This document shows positions 60,151-64,000 of a stretch of DNA of 64,000 nt, piece after piece. The notes under the pieces were generated by a model. That model was not told the origin of the DNA, ran no database searches, and saw only the letters and a program-made list of their open reading frames with translations. Positions within the stretch are counted from its first letter, which is position 1; every line of letters begins with the position of its first letter. The translations under genes were made by a program, and so were the position numbers. The stretch lies in contig JBAZUP010000001.1 of the NCBI GenBank assembly GCA_041661385.1, forward strand, positions 495,920-559,919, in the 5' to 3' direction. Origin of the DNA: Patescibacteria group bacterium. Lineage in GTDB: Bacteria; Patescibacteriota; Patescibacteriia; Magasanikbacterales; GWA2-37-8.

Positions 60151-60360
60151 TGTCAATTTCTCCTTATTTGGGTTATATGTCAATCTTTTTCGACATGTGA
60201 ATCGTCATCATCAAAAAAATAACTTCTACTTTGTAAAAGAGCGAGCAGTATTCTCTGCTTCATTTTTAACTTAAAAAGTTATACATTTAAGCAAAAAATG
60301 AAATAAATAATAACAACCAAAAATACCATATTTAATGATTAATGTCAATAGTATAAAGAA

Positions 60361-60394
60361 GACCCGCGGGGCGCCGAAAGGCACCACGCGGGTC
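60361..60394 (-). terminator. Hairpin terminator after the Ig-like lipoprotein gene
   Basis: gacccgcg...cgcgggtc 8-bp stem. Confidence 0.5.
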
Positions 60395-60413
60395 TGTTGA
60401 AAAGAACTACTGA

Positions 60414-61385
60414 CTACTGGTTGATGGGGACCAGCCTGCCATCTGCGCTCATTGACATGAGCTGACTAGTCGCGGGCTGAGCGCCGCAAGAAGTAATCAC
60501 AGTTGCCGTGAGCAGTTGGACCTCGCCGGGCCTAAGCGACACGGTATTCGGAGACACCGAAACGCTCACAACCTTGTCCGTCACAGTGACGGCAGCGACA
60601 GATGACTTGGTGACATCGGCCTTGCTGACCGCCACTATGTGGTAAATGCCGGCGATTGCCGGAGCGGTGTAGAGACCAGTGGCGGAGATTGTTCCGCCCG
60701 CTGCTCCCTCCTGAATGGACCAGGTGACACCGGTGTTACTGGTGCCGCTAATAATTGTGCCAAACTGATACGTGAGGCACGAATTGATTGCGGCTGTTGC
60801 CGGCGAAACTGCGATGCTGACCACCGGATTAACGACAATCGGCGAATTGACGGCAACCGCGGCGGTTGCTGACTTTCTGTTTTTTACGACCGTGGTCGCA
60901 ATCACATGAAAGTTACCAGCATTGGCCGGCGCAGAGTACAAACCAGTTGCGGAAATGGTCCCGCCACCGGTTTCCGTGACAGACCAACTGACAGAAGTAT
61001 CTGTTGGACCAGTCACAGTAGCCACGAACTGAATGTTGCCACCGACGAGAACCTGCGCCGAAGAAGGGCTGACAGAAATGACTGTCCTTCGCACCTTTAC
61101 GGCCGCACTGCCGACCAGCGAATTGCTGGTTGTTCGCAGCACATGGTATGTGCCATCACTTGCCGGCGCTGTGTAAAGACCGGTCGAAGAAATGGTTCCA
61201 CCATTGGTCTCCATGACTGACCAGGTACCTGCCTCGGCTGAGACAAATTGCTGGCTGTCGCCAACTTCGAGTTCAGCCGAAGCTGGACTCACGGTAACTG
61301 GTGTGACTGTCACCACCTGAGAGGTGGTAATCTCGGCCGGAACGCAACCGACCAGAAGAAACAGCATGACCATGAAACTCTTCAT
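60414..61385 (-). CDS. Lipoprotein with three Ig-like (Big_2-type) repeats; GC-rich
   Basis: Start at ATG 61383-61385: MKSFMVMLFLLVGC lipobox. Three repeats of about 90 aa (...GGTISATGLY.AP...G.YHV.A.S...). GC clearly higher than flanking genes. Confidence 0.65.
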   Translation of the reverse strand: MKSFMVMLFLLVGCVPAEITTSQVVTVTPVTVSPASAELEVGDSQQFVSAEAGTWSVMETNGGTISSTGLYTAPASDGTYHVLRTTSNSLVGSAAVKVRRTVISVSPSSAQVLVGGNIQFVATVTGPTDTSVSWSVTETGGGTISATGLYSAPANAGNFHVIATTVVKNRKSATAAVAVNSPIVVNPVVSIAVSPATAAINSCLTYQFGTIISGTSNTGVTWSIQEGAAGGTISATGLYTAPAIAGIYHIVAVSKADVTKSSVAAVTVTDKVVSVSVSPNTVSLRPGEVQLLTATVITSCGAQPATSQLMSMSADGRLVPINQ

Positions 61386-61390
61386 GGAGA

Positions 61391-61819
61391 TTACGCCGCC
61401 CTTCCTGGACGACGGAACATCCGCCAGTTCGGATGGGTTAGCGCGTAATCGCGGCAAGCCATCTTGGAGCAATACAAATTGCCATCAGCCTCGAGCCAAT
61501 CCTTCGGATTGTTGGTCGTGTCGTCACATCGAAGACACTGATAGGCCAAATGACCCAAAGGCTTCTCGCCCGCAACTGCAAGCTGATTCGAGATCTTCTC
61601 GACATTGCTGACCTTCTTGTCAGTCCGATTGGCGAGACCGCGCCGGTGTCGACACGGGCTCGAATTGCAATAGTGCTTATCGCCAACGATATCCCAATTT
61701 CTCGGGAAGTACTTTGAACCGACCGGAATGGCCGACTTGTTCTTGCAATTCTCTTCATCGCAACTGAATTGCTGAAACTTTGCTCCACTGCCAGTGGTTT
61801 GGATGGTAGCGTCGAACAT
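61391..61819 (-). CDS. 8-Cys protein (four CxnC pairs; two predicted zinc-ribbon-like sites); GC-rich
   Basis: GGAGGA Shine-Dalgarno 6 nt before ATG. CDEENC, CNSSPC, CLRC, CSKMAC. No signal peptide. Confidence 0.55.
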   Translation of the reverse strand: MFDATIQTTGSGAKFQQFSCDEENCKNKSAIPVGSKYFPRNWDIVGDKHYCNSSPCRHRRGLANRTDKKVSNVEKISNQLAVAGEKPLGHLAYQCLRCDDTTNNPKDWLEADGNLYCSKMACRDYALTHPNWRMFRRPGRAA

Positions 61820-62032
61820 TGTCTGTCCTCCGCACGCTCAGTTTTTATTTCGCGTGCCCTTAAGAGGCACGGTAAACTGAGCTTATTCTCAATTCCCTGC
61901 CTCGTTTATAGCTTTTTATCAATAAAATAAGCCAAAAATAAGACAGGGAAAATTGTTAAAGAACTCCTAAATATATCAGCTTTTGACCAATTTGTCAAGG
62001 CATTTGAATCATTTTTGATCTGGGTTTTCCAC

Positions 62033-62061
62033 TTGCTACAAACCAAAAAAAATGCTAAAAT
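62033..62061 (+). promoter_or_regulatory. Sigma70-type promoter for the 62077 gene
   Basis: TTGCTA, 17 nt, TGcTAAAAT (extended -10). Confidence 0.5.
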
Positions 62062-62076
62062 ATATCAAGTTTTATC

Positions 62077-62712
62077 ATGATTTTTGTCAAAAATATGCAC
62101 ATTTCTTGGCTTGGCCAAACCTGTATCCGGCTTCAGACTCGCTTCAACGACGAAGATGTTATTACCATCATTGACCCCTATCGCCCTGAAACCGGTGAAT
62201 TCCCCCGCTCCCTTGCACCTTCAATTGCCCTACTTTCTTCCGGCGAAAAAGATAGTATTACTCTTTCGCAAAATCCATTTGTTTTAAGCACGCTTGGTGA
62301 ATGCGAAAAAAAGGAAGTCATGATTACCGCTTTTCCGTCTTTAAACGGTAACCTAATTTTCAAAATTAACGCCGAACAAATTTCGGTAGTTCACCTCGGT
62401 CGCCTAAACAAAAAACCGGACATTTCCGAATTAGAAAAAATTGGCACGATCGACATTCTGATAATTCCAGTTGGCGACAACAAACAATACTTAAATGCCG
62501 AAGATGCCGCCAGTATTGTCACCGCACTTGAACCAAGAATTGTTATTCCCATGGCCTACCAATGTGATACTGATAAAGATGTAAAACCCCTTGGAGATTT
62601 TATTAAAGAATCCGGAATGAAGCCAGCTTCGACTGAAAAAAAACTTATTATCAAGAAAAAAGATCTACCTCAAGATGAAACCCGTTTGATTGTACTTGAG
62701 AAAAACGTTTAA
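62077..62712 (+). CDS. MBL-fold protein (Lactamase_B_3-like) with a degenerate HxHxDH motif
   Basis: MHISWLGQTCIRLQ...IIDPY and ...DILIIPVGDNKQYLNAEDAASIVTALEPRIVIPMAY match the fold. The canonical His cluster is replaced by Q/T/C. Confidence 0.45.
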   Translation: MIFVKNMHISWLGQTCIRLQTRFNDEDVITIIDPYRPETGEFPRSLAPSIALLSSGEKDSITLSQNPFVLSTLGECEKKEVMITAFPSLNGNLIFKINAEQISVVHLGRLNKKPDISELEKIGTIDILIIPVGDNKQYLNAEDAASIVTALEPRIVIPMAYQCDTDKDVKPLGDFIKESGMKPASTEKKLIIKKKDLPQDETRLIVLEKNV

Positions 62713-62742
62713 ATATTTCTCGACACGATTTTGTTTAACGCT

Positions 62743-63225
62743 ATGGCGAAAAAAAATAAAAAAAATAAACCCGCCGAAACAAATCCGATGCCGAGTTTGG
62801 TTTTTCACGAAGGCTCTCTGAAAAATGAAAATTCCGAAACCACTCCAAATGCCGACCAAATTGAAAAAGAATTACAGCTTTCGCCTCGGCCACCCTCCCT
62901 CTCCCATCTTGCCAGCTATAACGAATCTGCTTATCGTTTAATGTGGTTAGGAGTGATTTCTGTCGCCGTTATTATTTGCGCGATGTGGTCTTGGTCAATA
63001 TATTCACAGCTTTCACTGGTAAAAATTTCTGCCACTTCAGAAAAAAGTTTTGTTGATGACACCAAAGCAAATTGGCAAAAAGCTTTTAACGATTCAAATG
63101 AAAAAAATCTCGAAACCAACACGCAAGTTAATAAAATAAAAGAAGGTTTATCAAAATTATTCGCTGGAGCCGCCGCCAGTTCTAGTACCACTACTTCAAC
63201 CCCAGGCGTCTCTTCTACTCCCTAA
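62743..63225 (+). CDS. Hypothetical membrane protein
   Basis: One TM (LGVISVAVIICAMWSW), Ser/Thr-rich C-terminus. ATG 62743 preferred over TTG 62731. Confidence 0.4.
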   Translation: MAKKNKKNKPAETNPMPSLVFHEGSLKNENSETTPNADQIEKELQLSPRPPSLSHLASYNESAYRLMWLGVISVAVIICAMWSWSIYSQLSLVKISATSEKSFVDDTKANWQKAFNDSNEKNLETNTQVNKIKEGLSKLFAGAAASSSTTTSTPGVSSTP

Positions 63226-63231
63226 ATAATT

Positions 63232-64000
63232 ATGCCAGAAAAACTACCGTTGCCGTATGTAAAAGGAGATATTGGAAAACTAACCCCAACACCAATCGTG
63301 GAAGAGGTTCGCCAATCTTATCTTGAATACGCCATGAGCGTAATCGTTTCGCGCGCTTTGCCAGATGTCCGAGACGGACTTAAGCCTGTTCACCGCCGCA
63401 TTCTTTATGCGATGGGCAATATGGGCTTACGCCACAATACCCGCTTCCGTAAATCGGCTCACGTAGTCGGTGAAGTGATGGCCAAATACCATCCACATGG
63501 CGACTCCTCCATTTACGAAGCTATGGTCCGCATGGCTCAAGAGTTTTCCATGCGTCACCAATTGGTAGACGGCCAAGGTAACTTCGGTTCAATGGACGGT
63601 GACAGCGCCGCTGCGATGCGCTATACCGAAGCGCGCCTAAGATCTATTGCCGAAGAAATTCTGGCGGATATTGAAAAAAATACCGTCAGTTTTATTCCTA
63701 CTTATGACGGCTCACACAAAGAACCAACCGTTTTACCAACTCGTTTGCCCAATCTTTTACTCAACGGTACGATGGGCATTGCGGTCGGTATGGCGACAAG
63801 TATCCCTCCACACAACCTTGCTGAATTGGTAGACGCAATTATCGCTCTTATTGAAAAACCAAAAACTTCAATCGAAGAACTATGTGAAATTGTTAAAGGT
63901 CCGGACTTTCCGACCGGTGGTATTATTTATAACAAGAAAGATATTGCCGCGGCTTACGGCACCGGCAAAGGCGGCATTGTGATGCGCGCCAAAACTGAAA
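63232..64000 (+). CDS. gyrA: DNA gyrase subunit A, 5' part, runs off the right edge
   Basis: [32 protein letters not shown]...HPHGD, the canonical GyrA N-terminus. Confidence 0.9.
   Translation, partial: MPEKLPLPYVKGDIGKLTPTPIVEEVRQSYLEYAMSVIVSRALPDVRDGLKPVHRRILYAMGNMGLRHNTRFRKSAHVVGEVMAKYHPHGDSSIYEAMVRMAQEFSMRHQLVDGQGNFGSMDGDSAAAMRYTEARLRSIAEEILADIEKNTVSFIPTYDGSHKEPTVLPTRLPNLLLNGTMGIAVGMATSIPPHNLAELVDAIIALIEKPKTSIEELCEIVKGPDFPTGGIIYNKKDIAAAYGTGKGGIVMRAKTE

Noticed and set aside
60180-60263. 27-codon minus-strand ORF (MKQRILLALLQSRSYFFDDDDSHVEKD) immediately upstream of the rSAM gene; possible precursor peptide
   Set aside because: No Shine-Dalgarno, its stop overlaps the rSAM promoter-like TTGACA, and it has no Cys or other obvious modification-target residues. 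Kept only as a low-probability candidate. The downstream 31-aa ORF is better supported.

Overview
Low-GC window, about 64 kb, with compact gene organisation and a mix of housekeeping and accessory loci. Gene content and architecture are consistent with a small-genome, CPR/Patescibacteria-like bacterium; that assignment is inference from gene content only.

What I can support from the sequence:
- Repair and DNA topology: uvrB, one full uvrA plus a second uvrA N-terminal copy running off the left edge, gyrB near 11 kb and the gyrA 5' end at the right edge.
- Translation and secretion: secE-nusG-rplK, rplS, secG, rpsA, ftsH, thrS, miaA, queA, gmk, an RluA-family pseudouridine synthase and RNase J.
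- Envelope and polysaccharide: an FtsW/RodA-type SEDS protein, MltG, a PAP2 phosphatase, a WbaP-like sugar transferase and three GT4 glycosyltransferases.
- Transport and surface: MntH (NRAMP), a PilB/GspE-type ATPase, and a DUF4012 protein followed by a large repeat-domain surface protein.
- RNA genes: tRNA-Leu(CAG), an RNase P RNA on the minus strand with a consensus promoter, and an unusual tRNA locus at 19.75–20.08 kb.

Points that need a second look:
1. A family of roughly 360-nt structured repeats at 1813–2175, 8313–8693 and a truncated inverted copy at 5557–5733. Their helices are kept by compensatory changes, and the copies bracket a HEPN-like/GNAT/NUDIX/DUF2164/MazG cassette.
2. A tRNA(UAU) gene nested inside what looks like a split second copy, whose 5' and 3' halves have complementary acceptor strands, together with a perfect 21-bp hairpin.
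3. A conserved untranslated-leader module, without a Shine-Dalgarno sequence, reused upstream of rplK, rplS, nusG, secG and at least two other genes.
4. A GC-rich, apparently foreign island at 58.58–61.87 kb: a radical-SAM/SPASM enzyme with a co-transcribed 31-aa basic peptide, a lipoprotein with three Ig-like repeats, and an 8-Cys protein.
5. A T-box-like antiterminator leader upstream of thrS.
6. Further GC-rich insertions: a membrane-anchored muramidase-like gene with a GTG start and strong Shine-Dalgarno, and a small gene behind a textbook sigma70 promoter plus a 13-bp leader hairpin.

No CRISPR array, rRNA, transposase or integrase was seen. All homology calls rest on recognised motifs read by eye, with no database search.
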